Shown: positions 9,504 to 17,901 of the stretch, piece after piece
Position numbering within the stretch: position 1 is the stretch's first letter
How the letters are laid out: each line of letters opens with the position of its first letter
Assembly: GCA_002778785.1 (NCBI GenBank)
Contig: PEZS01000001.1
Coordinates: 124,232 to 188,231, forward strand
Direction: 5' to 3'
Origin: Bdellovibrionales bacterium CG10_big_fil_rev_8_21_14_0_10_45_34
Lineage (GTDB): Bacteria > Bdellovibrionota > Bdellovibrionia > Bdellovibrionales > 1-14-0-10-45-34
Length of the DNA stretch: 64,000 nucleotides
Notes under the pieces: model-generated
Databases searched by the model: none
The model's input: the letters and a program-made list of their open reading frames with translations, nothing else
What the model was told of the DNA's origin: nothing
Made by a program: the position numbers and the translations under genes

Positions 9504-9653
9504 TTATTGTCGAAACACCGAATTACCGTACGTTTGTAAGTGTCTCCTAAGGGGGAAATCTTACAGAGGCGAGCAAAAATATTAGCATTTGCGGAGCCTT
9601 GATCGTTCAGTCCAAGAAACCTTGAGTCCACAGGGCCGGGCATAGGTCGCCCG

Positions 9654-10430
9654 GTGATCTCGAGAAGGGAAAAAGTGAAACCTACAGAGCGCCAATCGAG
9701 AATCTCCCATACTTTCTCAATTGTCGTACCCATTTTGAATGAGCGCGAAATCATTCAATCCACACTCGATTATCTTTGGCTGATCAGTGCTGAGCTAAGT
9801 GCGGCAACCAAAGACAATTGGGAGTTTGTTATTGTCGATGCCGGAAGTGCCGACGGAACTGGGGAAATACTCAGGAGCGTTCAAGCACCACCGAATTGGA
9901 TACTCGTCCAGGGCAATATCGAGAAACCTTCTGTAGGAAAAACAGTTTCTCTCGGAATTTCAAAGGCATCGGGCTCCATCCTACTCATTTTGCCCTGTGA
10001 CTGTCGATTGGGAATTGAGGCGCTTCTTGAAGTTGACGACCTTGCCCGCAGAAAAAATGTGATTTGCGGAGGTTTTCCGAAAACCTATGAACCGAGCTCT
10101 TCGCTTCTGAAAACCTATCAAGCGGTTCAGAACGTTGTTCGACTTAGAATGTTTCGACATGTCGTATGGACGAACGGTATCTTTTTTTCGAGAAGTCTCA
10201 TCAACAAGAAGGTATTTCCAGTCTTAGGGTTTCTAGAGGACATTTTGCTTTCCGATCAACTGCGCAATCATCAGAACTGGAGCCTCTTGAAAAGCAGAAT
10301 TTGGGTGTCTTCTCGCCGCTACTTTAAGCGCTCACAATTGAAAAGAATGTCATTGAATATCTTGATTCTAATTACATATAGGCTCAAATTTATGTCAGAA
10401 ATTCAGCTTAGAGCAATTTACTACAAATAA
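9654..10430 (+). CDS. Family 2 glycosyltransferase
   Basis: FSIVVPILNEREII, FVIVDAGSADGTGEIL and ILLILPCDC are typical GT2 N-terminal motifs. The start codon is GTG. Confidence 0.75.
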   Translation: MISRREKVKPTERQSRISHTFSIVVPILNEREIIQSTLDYLWLISAELSAATKDNWEFVIVDAGSADGTGEILRSVQAPPNWILVQGNIEKPSVGKTVSLGISKASGSILLILPCDCRLGIEALLEVDDLARRKNVICGGFPKTYEPSSSLLKTYQAVQNVVRLRMFRHVVWTNGIFFSRSLINKKVFPVLGFLEDILLSDQLRNHQNWSLLKSRIWVSSRRYFKRSQLKRMSLNILILITYRLKFMSEIQLRAIYYK

Positions 10431-10442
10431 GTTAGAGACAAG

Positions 10443-10940
10443 GTGATGCCGAAGTTACCCAAGACAAAGAAAAATATCGAAGTGTGCGAGCGGTTTAAGG
10501 AGCCAAAATCGTCATTTGTGCAATTGATGACCGCCCCTCAGGTGAAGAGCTGGCGCGCATTACTAGGGGCTTTTCAGTACGTCTTTTCTAATCTGGAGAA
10601 AGGCCTGACTTCAGAAGGCTATTCAATGTCTCGGTTTCAAATTCTCCTCACCCTGTATTTTGACGGACCGCATTCAGCGATTAATATTTCGCGCAAACTA
10701 TTGGTAACGAGAGGAAATGTGTCGACGTTTCTCAAGCGTCTTTTGGCGGACGGACTCGTTGAGGCCTCTGACCGGTCAAAATCAGGTAAACGGCCATTGT
10801 TTTGCCTGACCGATAAGGGCATCGAAATCTTCGAATCCGTTTTTCCAAGACACATTGATCGCGTGAAGTCTCTAATGCCCAAACTGGATGCTTCGGTAAT
10901 CGAAACTTTGTCTCAAATCCCCAGGGATTCGAAGAATTAA
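10443..10940 (+). CDS. MarR family transcriptional regulator
   Basis: Winged-helix region SMSRFQILLTLYFDGPHSAINISRKLLVTRGNVSTFLKRLLADGLVE. It starts 12 nt after the GT2 gene. Confidence 0.75.
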   Translation: MMPKLPKTKKNIEVCERFKEPKSSFVQLMTAPQVKSWRALLGAFQYVFSNLEKGLTSEGYSMSRFQILLTLYFDGPHSAINISRKLLVTRGNVSTFLKRLLADGLVEASDRSKSGKRPLFCLTDKGIEIFESVFPRHIDRVKSLMPKLDASVIETLSQIPRDSKN

Positions 10941-11005
10941 TTCCTTGCAAGAACGCGGTGAGGCGTCTTAAAGGTTTATATGTAAACATTTGAGGGCGCT
11001 CGAAT

Positions 11006-11605
11006 ATGGCTATTCAACAGGAACAAAATTTTAGTGCACCGGAATTCTTCGCTCATTTGATAAAACGAGACAAAAGCGCAATTGAAAAGGTCGTGCGCGC
11101 ATATACGGAACACCTTTACCGTGGAGCACTCGGTCTTGGCTTTAGCCCAGACGCAGCGGCTGAAGTTGTTCAGAGTGTTTGGGTCACTTTTTTTGAAGTC
11201 GTCTCAAACTTTGAAGGTCGCTCTCACATCCGAACATTTATATTCGGGATTCTTTATAATAAAGCCTCTGAGATGCGAAAAGACCAGGGGCGCTACGATG
11301 ATAGCGACCCCATTGAAGAAGTCTTAGATCGCCGATTTGATTCAAACGGACATTGGCTTCGCCCACCAGTCGATCCCGAACAATTTATGATCACAAGCCA
11401 GACCATGGAGTTGATAAATAGCTGCATTGACCGTCTTCCGGTGAGTCAGCGTATGGCCTTTTGCCTTAAAGAAATCGATGATCACGGTAGTAAAGATATT
11501 TGTAATATTCTTGGTGTTTCCGTCACTAACCTTGGAGTGCTCTTGTTTCGCGCGAAAAATCGCTTAAGGGAGTGTATCGAGTCAAAGGGGCCCAAGCAGG
11601 CTTAG
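11006..11605 (+). CDS. ECF-type RNA polymerase sigma-70 factor
   Basis: Region 2 (AAEVVQSVWVTFF, IRTFIFGILYN) and region 4 HTH (SKDICNILGVSVTNLGVLLFRAKNRLRE). Confidence 0.85.
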   Translation: MAIQQEQNFSAPEFFAHLIKRDKSAIEKVVRAYTEHLYRGALGLGFSPDAAAEVVQSVWVTFFEVVSNFEGRSHIRTFIFGILYNKASEMRKDQGRYDDSDPIEEVLDRRFDSNGHWLRPPVDPEQFMITSQTMELINSCIDRLPVSQRMAFCLKEIDDHGSKDICNILGVSVTNLGVLLFRAKNRLRECIESKGPKQA

Positions 11606-11625
11606 ATGCCTAAAGGATATGGCAA

Positions 11626-11880
11626 ATGCTTAAGTGTAAGGAAATTGTAAGAATCCTGAGCTCTGACGAACCCTTGTCGTTCTTAAGAAAAGCAGAGCTA
11701 AAAATGCATCTTGCTATGTGCGGGAATTGCTCTCGCTATGCAAAACACCTGAACATTATGCAGATTTCATTCATAAACCTATTTAAGCAGAAAACCGCAG
11801 TCGGCCAAAGTGAGGTTAAGCAATTGGAAGACAAAGTTCTTCATAATTTTCGCGCCCCGAATAGAAAGGGAGATCACTAA
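11626..11880 (+). CDS. Putative anti-sigma factor (zf-HC2)
   Basis: 84 aa, starting 20 nt after the sigma gene. It carries the H-x3-C-x2-C signature (HLAMCGNC). Confidence 0.65.
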   Translation: MLKCKEIVRILSSDEPLSFLRKAELKMHLAMCGNCSRYAKHLNIMQISFINLFKQKTAVGQSEVKQLEDKVLHNFRAPNRKGDH

Positions 11881-12297
11881 ATGATGGATTCATCTTTGAG
11901 CTTTCGATTGCGCCTAAGTCTCTTCTCTTTAAGACTCGGAGTCTTTGTCGTCATGTTTTTCTGGACCTTGGATAAACTTATTAGACCCGAACATGCGTCT
12001 CAGGTTTTTGAGAATTTCTATTCGCTGGGCGGCTTGGAACAACATGCAATGAAAGTCATTGGAATTTTAGAGATGATTCTGCTGGCTGGCTTTTTGGTCG
12101 GAATCAAAAAGCGCTTCACCTATGGCGCGGTACTAATTCTCCATGCCGTTTCGACATTTTCTTCTTACAAACAGTATTTCGCGCCATTTGATAAAGGCAA
12201 TCTCCTGTTTTTTGCCGCTTGGCCGATGCTCGCAGCATGTTTAGCCATTTATCTTTTGCGGGAAGAGGATAATCTCTTCACGTTGGCTCGTCGGTAA
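11881..12297 (+). CDS. Small integral membrane protein (DoxX-like, tentative)
   Basis: 138 aa with 4 hydrophobic segments. The start abuts the anti-sigma stop. Confidence 0.35.
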   Translation: MMDSSLSFRLRLSLFSLRLGVFVVMFFWTLDKLIRPEHASQVFENFYSLGGLEQHAMKVIGILEMILLAGFLVGIKKRFTYGAVLILHAVSTFSSYKQYFAPFDKGNLLFFAAWPMLAACLAIYLLREEDNLFTLARR

Positions 12298-12315
12298 TTT
12301 CGACAGGAGCACTTA

Positions 12316-12702
12316 GTGTTTCAATTCATGAAGAAAATATTCACAATGCCGTTTCCATGGAATCTTTGGGTGATGGTTCTTGGAGTCGTAAATCTCGCTG
12401 GCGGTATTTACTTTTTCGATTCGCTCGAGGGAAAGTTAGCTCTGATCTCAATCCTTGGAGCGATGGTCATAATGCAGGTTATTTTCTCTAAATTTGGTTT
12501 CGTTCGACTATTAGGTCTTGGGCACATTATTTTTTGGGTCCCGTTTGTTTCGTGGTGCGTTTTTCGTATCCTCGAATGGAACAGTCTCGGTTTCAATTTT
12601 CGAATCTGGTTATGTGCAGTGATTATGCTCAACTCAATTTCGCTGGCAATCGACTTTGTTGATGTTTGGAGATATCATCGGGGCGAGAGAGCAGAAATGT
12701 GA
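12316..12702 (+). CDS. Small integral membrane protein, unknown family
   Basis: 128 aa with 4 hydrophobic segments. Its last ~60 nt are duplicated at 14302-14366. Confidence 0.4.
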   Translation: MFQFMKKIFTMPFPWNLWVMVLGVVNLAGGIYFFDSLEGKLALISILGAMVIMQVIFSKFGFVRLLGLGHIIFWVPFVSWCVFRILEWNSLGFNFRIWLCAVIMLNSISLAIDFVDVWRYHRGERAEM

Positions 12703-12831
12703 GTTGAAACTATGACCTCCCAAATAACCTCAAGACTCCAGTATAAATATGAATTTCACGGACGAGTATGGAAGCATAAAAGGTGACTGGTTCTTCGTAA
12801 CTTTGCCACGAAGTCTTCTTTAAAGATTCGC
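12638..12831. repeat. Left copy of a ~195-bp diverged direct repeat (3' end of the 12316-12702 gene, the spacer, and the 5' end of a DUF1905 gene)
   Basis: Hand alignment to 14302-14501 gives about 25 mismatches plus a 5-nt and a 1-nt indel, roughly 85-87 % identity by eye. Confidence 0.85.
12712..12831 (+). pseudogene. DUF1905 gene 5' fragment (inactivated copy)
   Basis: ATG at 12712 reads MTSQITSRLQYKYEFHGRVWKHKR then TGA. It parallels MTSKITSGPYSKYKFRGHVWKHKGHGGWFFVTLPRS of the intact gene at 14376. A 5-nt deletion creates the stop, and similarity stops at 12831. Confidence 0.75.
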
Positions 12832-13002
12832 CAGCAGGGTGTCAATTTGCCTCATATTCCAATCTCAACACCATCTCGAGTTTTTTCTTTATCGCTTTGT
12901 CAGTATGGGGCAACGTTTTGCCACAAGATTCTAGGCTGGCCTTGTATTTGCTATGTGGAGGCCATATGAAGCGATTCCCGCATTCTGAAAAGGAAATAAT
13001 TC

Positions 13003-14070
13003 ATGACGCCAATTGCTGAAAATGAAGGAGGTCGCTCAGATCAACATCCGCTTCGAGTCCTGGTTCTCTCAGGCTCGGGTCGACGCCAGTACAATTGCCC
13101 TGGGGTTGATTCGAAATCAAGAAGTCTCATGTTGAGAATGAAAGATCGACTTCCCAAAGAATGGAAAATAGATATTGAGGATTTGGGAAACGTTTATGGC
13201 CGTGCGCGAATACAGAGCTGCAACGCGTGCGTATCTACGTCCATGGCTCTTTGTGTTTGGCCGTGTAACTGCTATGAGCCTAATAATAAAAAAGAGCCCG
13301 ATCTCATGTGGGATCTCGACTTATATTCTCGCCTTGATCTTGCAGACGCCTGGGCAATCATAGGCCCTGTGAATTGGTATGGTCCGACAAGTAATCTCAA
13401 GCTTATGTTTGATCGACTTGTCTGCATGAGTGGAGGAAATCCCCGAGAAGATTTAATAAATCATAAGAACCCTGAGCTAGCTATGACACTTGAACATAGG
13501 CCTGAGTGGAAAGAACTCAGTCTCAATCACCTGGAGGGCCGGACCGCTGGAATTTTTTGTTACGGCGACGGGGGCGGTGATGAACTGGATACAAGTGGCA
13601 GACCTAAAATTTTGCGTCACCCTGAGTATTTCAATTCTAATGAAGAGCCCTTCGAAAATGTTCGAGATGCCTATGCCCCCTTAGTTTGGCAGTGTCGATA
13701 TGGCGGCGTGGAGGTCCCGGACCACCTATGGAAATATAAAGAATTTGGTCGAGAAAAAAAGTATAGTGATAACCAAGCAGAGCATATGGTTTTAGAACCG
13801 AGCGTTTATGAGAGTTTCGATTCATGGACCGATGAGTTTGGAAGTTTTGTTCTTCAAAAGGGAAAAGTCCAACCTGGTAAATTTAGGGCCCACGGTTATA
13901 AAGCTCCAAGTCATATGTGGGCGGACATTAAACTTAAATGGCGGGCTATTCGAATGAGTCTGGGCAAATCCATTGCTGATTCATCTCCCGGAAGGCAAGA
14001 GCTTATGAACCTCAATCGGGATGCGCGGTTTAATACAAAGCGCGGTGAAAGTGAGAACGTTGAACTATAG
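13003..14070 (+). CDS. Flavodoxin-fold / NADPH-dependent FMN reductase-like protein with Cys cluster (iron-sulfur flavoprotein-like)
   Basis: LRVLVLSGSGR at the N-terminus, a Cys cluster CNACVSTSMALCVWPCNC, and ADAWAIIGPVNWYGPTSNLKLMFDRL. A long C-terminal extension is of unknown type. Confidence 0.55.
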   Translation: MTPIAENEGGRSDQHPLRVLVLSGSGRRQYNCPGVDSKSRSLMLRMKDRLPKEWKIDIEDLGNVYGRARIQSCNACVSTSMALCVWPCNCYEPNNKKEPDLMWDLDLYSRLDLADAWAIIGPVNWYGPTSNLKLMFDRLVCMSGGNPREDLINHKNPELAMTLEHRPEWKELSLNHLEGRTAGIFCYGDGGGDELDTSGRPKILRHPEYFNSNEEPFENVRDAYAPLVWQCRYGGVEVPDHLWKYKEFGREKKYSDNQAEHMVLEPSVYESFDSWTDEFGSFVLQKGKVQPGKFRAHGYKAPSHMWADIKLKWRAIRMSLGKSIADSSPGRQELMNLNRDARFNTKRGESENVEL

Positions 14071-14301
14071 GTGGCAATTGTAAGGAGCGAAAATTACTTT
14101 GAGTATCTCTGCCGGGAACGCGAAGGACGTCCCCAACCGCGATTGGATTTAAAACTCCGAACGGATTCGAAGAGGAGTTCAACTAACCGTCGCGGTATGA
14201 GAGAAATTTCGAGTGGTCAGAAAACCCGGGCGCAAGAAAAATTGGCACAAGTCGGGAACGAATTTAATTTTTGAGCCCTACCGAACCGCTGGATTAAGCG
14301 T

Positions 14302-14501
14302 TTTCGCTGGCAATCTACTTTGTTGATGTTTGGAGATATCGACGAGGCGAGAGAGCAGAAATGTGATTTGAGATTATGACTTCCAAGATAACTTCAGGGC
14401 CCTATTCTAAATATAAATTTCGCGGACATGTGTGGAAGCATAAGGGACACGGTGGCTGGTTCTTCGTAACTTTGCCACGAAGTCTTTCTTTAAAGATTCG
14501 C
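14302..14501. repeat. Right copy of the ~195-bp direct repeat
   Basis: 14302-14366 repeats the last codons and stop of the 12316-12702 gene (LAIYFVDVWRYRRGERAEM* versus LAIDFVDVWRYHRGERAEM*) with no upstream gene body. The rest is the start of the intact DUF1905 gene. Confidence 0.85.
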
Positions 14502-14711
14502 AAAGATCACGGCTTGTCAGAAGAGGGCTGGGGACGATTGAAAGCCACGGCGAAACTCGGCAAAACAAGTTGGGCCACAGCAATCTGGTATGACTCAAAA
14601 GTACAAAGTTACCTTCTGCCGCTGAAAGCGAGCGTAAGAAGGTTTGAAGGCATTGAATCCAAGGCCATTGTATCTCTAGAGTTGAAATTCGAAATGGCGG
14701 ATCGGCAATGA
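14376..14711 (+). CDS. DUF1905 domain protein
   Basis: 111 aa. GGWFFVTLPRSLSLKI, GRLKATAKLGKTSWATAIW and YLLPLKASVRR fit the DUF1905 pattern as I recall it. Confidence 0.7.
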   Translation: MTSKITSGPYSKYKFRGHVWKHKGHGGWFFVTLPRSLSLKIRKDHGLSEEGWGRLKATAKLGKTSWATAIWYDSKVQSYLLPLKASVRRFEGIESKAIVSLELKFEMADRQ

Positions 14712-14947
14712 GCTCTTGGCCACTGCGGTAAATTCCCGCGACTGGTTTCAGAAGCTGAGGTAGAGCTTAAAGGTGGAATTTTGGGTAGAGCCTTCGAGCC
14801 ACTCATATCCTTGATGATAAAGCGAATGGCTCCACGTGCCCTTTTTCATTTAAGTTCCTTGTGGAAAACGGAAAGCCATTTCGTGGAGCAAAACCAGATC
14901 TTGGTAAAAGTTCACAGGTTTGTTAGAAAAGTACTACAACGTGAATT

Positions 14948-15253
14948 CTACTGATTGGCATTTTTCTCTTTAAAATAGAAATACAGCGGCAGTGCACAGG
15001 AAAGGCCAACCGCGAGATTGAGAACTACGAATGGCCACCTAAGTGGCACTTTATTGTCATTCGAGTAAATAAAAATCCAGAACACCAGGGAACTGAGCAG
15101 CACATCCGATGAGAATCCCGCTGCAGCCCCATTTGCAAATAATGCCTGAGCAAAGCTCCCCAATCCAAATCCGACTTTCCTGAAATGATCCCAGAAAAAC
15201 CAATAAGGAATGACTGCTCCAAGAAAACTTAACGTCAAATAGGCTTTTTTCAT
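14948..15253 (-). CDS. DUF2834-like small membrane protein
   Basis: 101 aa with 3 TM segments. LSFLGAVIPYWFFWDHF and ALFANGAAAGFSSDVLLSSLVFW are present. Confidence 0.55.
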   Translation of the reverse strand: MKKAYLTLSFLGAVIPYWFFWDHFRKVGFGLGSFAQALFANGAAAGFSSDVLLSSLVFWIFIYSNDNKVPLRWPFVVLNLAVGLSCALPLYFYFKEKNANQ

Positions 15254-15262
15254 GCGTCTCTC

Positions 15263-15502
15263 CTATCGGCCATTGCCGGACTTATTTTCTAACGGACATG
15301 TTGAATACCCAAGCATGTAGTAAATTGAGCAACTTCCTAGAATGGAAGTGATAAAGAGCATCCCCGTAACCACTCCCAGTCCGATCGCAATTCCCTCAGA
15401 AATGCTTCCATAGAAGTACATGGCCGTAACGATAGGCAGAGGCAGCGCTCTAAGAAGTCGATCAATTTTTCCAACATTTTTCGTGCTTAGTATTTTCAAC
15501 AT
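15263..15502 (-). CDS. DUF2892 (YgaP-like) small membrane protein
   Basis: 79 aa. NVGKIDRLLRALPLP is followed by two TM helices. Confidence 0.55.
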   Translation of the reverse strand: MLKILSTKNVGKIDRLLRALPLPIVTAMYFYGSISEGIAIGLGVVTGMLFITSILGSCSIYYMLGYSTCPLENKSGNGR

Positions 15503-16002
15503 AACTTACCTCCAAAATTATTAATTAGATTCCTCACTGCCGGTTTCATCATTTTGTCTCGCATGTACCATCTGATGATCGATGCCAAGGGCCAAAAGGG
15601 AACTTGATAGTATTGTCGCCAAACGACGAGTGATCCGTACTCTGCAGCGTCAACCGTAAATGATCCGAAATGATTTCTGATTGGCATTTTCAGAGTCGAA
15701 CGTGAAAGGTCGGCATGGTACGAATATTTTTGATCTTGAACATACTCGACAATTTCCTCAGTTAATATCTTTCCATCAATCGCGCACTCACGTTCTGAAC
15801 ACGCGCCGATCTGACTTGGACCATTCTCTGAATTCGCGTGATTCCATTTTACCTCGTGAACATGAGAAAACCATTTTGGGATATCAATGGTTACGAGATC
15901 GAACGTCTTGCTTCTGGACAATTCCGTTAGGAATTTGACTTCAATCTGAAGCGGTGACCGCTTCAAATAGGCTCGCACTTCTGACTTTTCCGGTTTTGAC
16001 AT
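15496..16002 (-). CDS. SRPBCC (Bet v1/polyketide cyclase-like) family protein, tentative
   Basis: 168 aa, soluble. It is the first gene after the TetR gene, with RBS GAGGA upstream of the ATG. Confidence 0.45.
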   Translation of the reverse strand: MSKPEKSEVRAYLKRSPLQIEVKFLTELSRSKTFDLVTIDIPKWFSHVHEVKWNHANSENGPSQIGACSERECAIDGKILTEEIVEYVQDQKYSYHADLSRSTLKMPIRNHFGSFTVDAAEYGSLVVWRQYYQVPFWPLASIIRWYMRDKMMKPAVRNLINNFGGKLC

Positions 16003-16023
16003 ATTTCCTCTTTCTCTAGTTAA

Positions 16024-16038
16024 GGAACGATCATTCCT
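16024..16038. promoter_or_regulatory. Candidate TetR operator box 1 (GGAACGATCATTCCT inside the 22-bp near-palindrome TTAAGGAACGATCATTCCTTAA, 16020-16041)
   Basis: The identical 15-mer recurs at 16655-16669. It lies in the 53-nt gap between the TetR stop and the SRPBCC start. Confidence 0.55.
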
Positions 16039-16055
16039 TAATTGGTTAAATTTTT

Positions 16056-16643
16056 TTAGCTCAAATTATCCACTATTTTTAAAACACCAGTAATATAGTT
16101 CTTAACAACGCCTTCAGAGACGCCCGCTCTTAAGAGCGAATTTATCGCGAACACGCTTCCTAGAAAAAAATGAGCCTGTTCTAAAATCTGAGTTTCGGAT
16201 CTGCAATTCCGAAGCTGAGCATTTGTGAGTGCATCAACAAAATAGGATTCGATTTTTGAAATTGATGAATTCACGATTTTAGCTGCACCTCTATCAATCT
16301 TCGCTATCTCCATGGCACTAAAACACATTAAACAGCCGTACTTCGCCATCGGATGATCGAGGAGATGAAGAAATTGTTCAAAAAAGGAGCGAATAGCACC
16401 GAGATCAGCATTCTGTTGCCTCAAAGCGCGCGTGTTTACATCAATGACCTGAGAAATGTAAAGTTCCAGGCTCTTTTTCAAGAGGTTATTCTTGCCCCCG
16501 AAGACATTGTAAAGACCTGAACGCTGAACCTTGGTCGCCTGAACCAAGTCCTCAACAGAAGTGCCGGAGGCACCTTTCTTCCAAAAGAGGAGCATGGCCT
16601 TTTCTAAGGCTTTGTCCGGTTCAAATTCGAGATTTCGCGCCAT
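16056..16643 (-). CDS. TetR/AcrR family transcriptional regulator
   Basis: N-terminal HTH ALEKAMLLFWKKGASGTSVEDLVQATKVQRSGLYNVFGGKNNLL. The protein is 195 aa. Confidence 0.85.
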   Translation of the reverse strand: MARNLEFEPDKALEKAMLLFWKKGASGTSVEDLVQATKVQRSGLYNVFGGKNNLLKKSLELYISQVIDVNTRALRQQNADLGAIRSFFEQFLHLLDHPMAKYGCLMCFSAMEIAKIDRGAAKIVNSSISKIESYFVDALTNAQLRNCRSETQILEQAHFFLGSVFAINSLLRAGVSEGVVKNYITGVLKIVDNLS

Positions 16644-16654
16644 ACATCCTTTCG

Positions 16655-16669
16655 GGAACGATCATTCCT
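16655..16669. promoter_or_regulatory. Candidate TetR operator box 2 (GGAACGATCATTCCT)
   Basis: Exact copy of box 1. It sits 11 nt upstream of the TetR ATG, immediately 5' of the RBS AAGGA. Confidence 0.55.
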
Positions 16670-16950
16670 ATAAACAGAATAATGGATAACCACAGATATG
16701 TCAAGTTAGCAGGTGTTCGATATGGAAAGTGCGCTGCCTCTCATGCACGTCTCAGTATGATTCGTAATTTGAGCTATGGTTAATGAGATTTTTTTTGCTT
16801 GAAGCGGGTAACAGTAAAGCTTTGCCCCAACTAGCGGACTGGCTGTGCTTCAATAACTTAAGTTGTGCGACTTGGACTTGGCGAATGATATTTGGCAGAA
16901 GACCAGTTGATGCGGCCAGGATTGCCAAAAGCGCGGCTACTTGAATTGCT

Positions 16951-17550
16951 CTATTTAATCCCATTAGTAATTCCCTTTTCTGCCTCATGGCGTTTTAAAA
17001 TTTGTTTCACGACTTCATGTTTCCAACTTTTGCCGAACCGAGTGGAAATTTTGTGCTCATTCAATGTTCGAGCGATGGATCGAAACGAATGTCCCCCTTG
17101 CCACATTCTCCACATATCGAGGACCGTTTGACGTTCACGCGCGTCCACAACAAGTTTTCCATCCAGGTAGCAATAGCCAAAAGGAGTGTTTCCGGCGCGC
17201 ATGACATTTGGTGAGTTTGAAATTGGTTCGTGGTTTCTACGGAAAGATCGTATGGCGGTGCCGCCCTCTATAAGGGTCTTGCGAACCGTTCCTTTTGGCA
17301 TTCCGGTCCGTTTTGATATCTCCCCAAGTGAGAGCCCGGACTCGTAAAACGCGGTCAATTTCTCAATCTTGTTGACCTTATAGGAGAACGGGAGTTCAAT
17401 GATTTCGTGAGGTTGAGAGAGTTGCCTATTGTCGGACTTGCTCCACCAAGTACCACAACAAGGTCCTGACCGGACACATAGGTTACAGATTGTACCGAAG
17501 ACATAGGTAACACTTTCGCGCCGAAGGGGTTTTCGCCGGCTTCGACGCAA
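16951..17550 (-). CDS. HTH plus 'recombinase' domain protein lacking a serine-recombinase catalytic domain (true start unclear)
   Basis: LSLGEISKRTGMPKGTVRKTL (HTH), then TPFGYCYLDGKLVVDARERQTVLDMWRMWQGGHSFRSIARTLNEHKISTRFGKSWKHEVVKQIL, the pattern of the recombinase domain of large serine recombinases. The first ~55 codons of the ORF overlap the IS remnant in another frame and are probably not coding. Confidence 0.45.
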   Translation of the reverse strand: MRRSRRKPLRRESVTYVFGTICNLCVRSGPCCGTWWSKSDNRQLSQPHEIIELPFSYKVNKIEKLTAFYESGLSLGEISKRTGMPKGTVRKTLIEGGTAIRSFRRNHEPISNSPNVMRAGNTPFGYCYLDGKLVVDARERQTVLDMWRMWQGGHSFRSIARTLNEHKISTRFGKSWKHEVVKQILKRHEAEKGITNGIK

Positions 17551-17901
17551 TTTGATTCGTCATCAAAGTATCCCAAGTCATAATCCATAAAACTCACCAT
17601 CCAGATCCTATCATCAACTTGCCTCACGCCGACACTTTGACCAGCAAAGACTCGACTAAAATTAATTTTTCGTCTGCCCACGCAGATTCGACCACATTGA
17701 GTGACCGTGATCGTCTTGTCGCGAAGTGGATATTCAACATCTGGAAGGGTCTCGGTAGGATCTTTCGGAGGCCCCATACCGATCGTTTGGATATTGCATT
17801 TCGAGATCCGGGTGCGGGCGCTCGTACCTGTATTCCTGCTTAAAAACTTCAAATTTCTCCTGCTGCTGCAAGAGATTTTGACCCCGGCTTTGTTGAGTTT
17901 T
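17355..17901 (-). mobile_element. 5'-truncated, frameshifted remnant of an rve (DDE integrase-core, IS481/IS3-like) transposase gene
   Basis: Frame a (17901 down to about 17745) reads QQEKFEVFKQEYRYERPHPDLEMQYPNDRYGAS. Frame b reads LPDVEYPLRDKTITVTQCGRICVGRRKINFSRVFAGQSVGVRQVDDRIWMVSFMDYDLGYFD...KVLPMSSVQSVTYVSG. No DDE core lies upstream. Confidence 0.7.

Noticed and set aside
9600-9653. GC-rich hairpin CCGGGC-N7-GCCCGG immediately upstream of the GT2 GTG start, considered as a riboregulator.
   Set aside because: It is a single 6-bp stem with no alternative pairing or conserved riboswitch core that I can recognise.
10941-11005. ECF-type (GAAC...CGTC) or sigma-70 promoter upstream of the ECF sigma gene.
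   Set aside because: GAAC and CGTC are only 9 nt apart, whereas ECF promoters need about 16-17. The TTGCAA-N17-TTAAAG alternative has a poor -10. The evidence is not strong enough to call.
14071-14274. 67-aa GTG-initiated ORF directly after the flavoprotein gene.
   Set aside because: It is a highly basic, low-complexity translation with no RBS. It probably reflects chance openness of the insert's 3' end.
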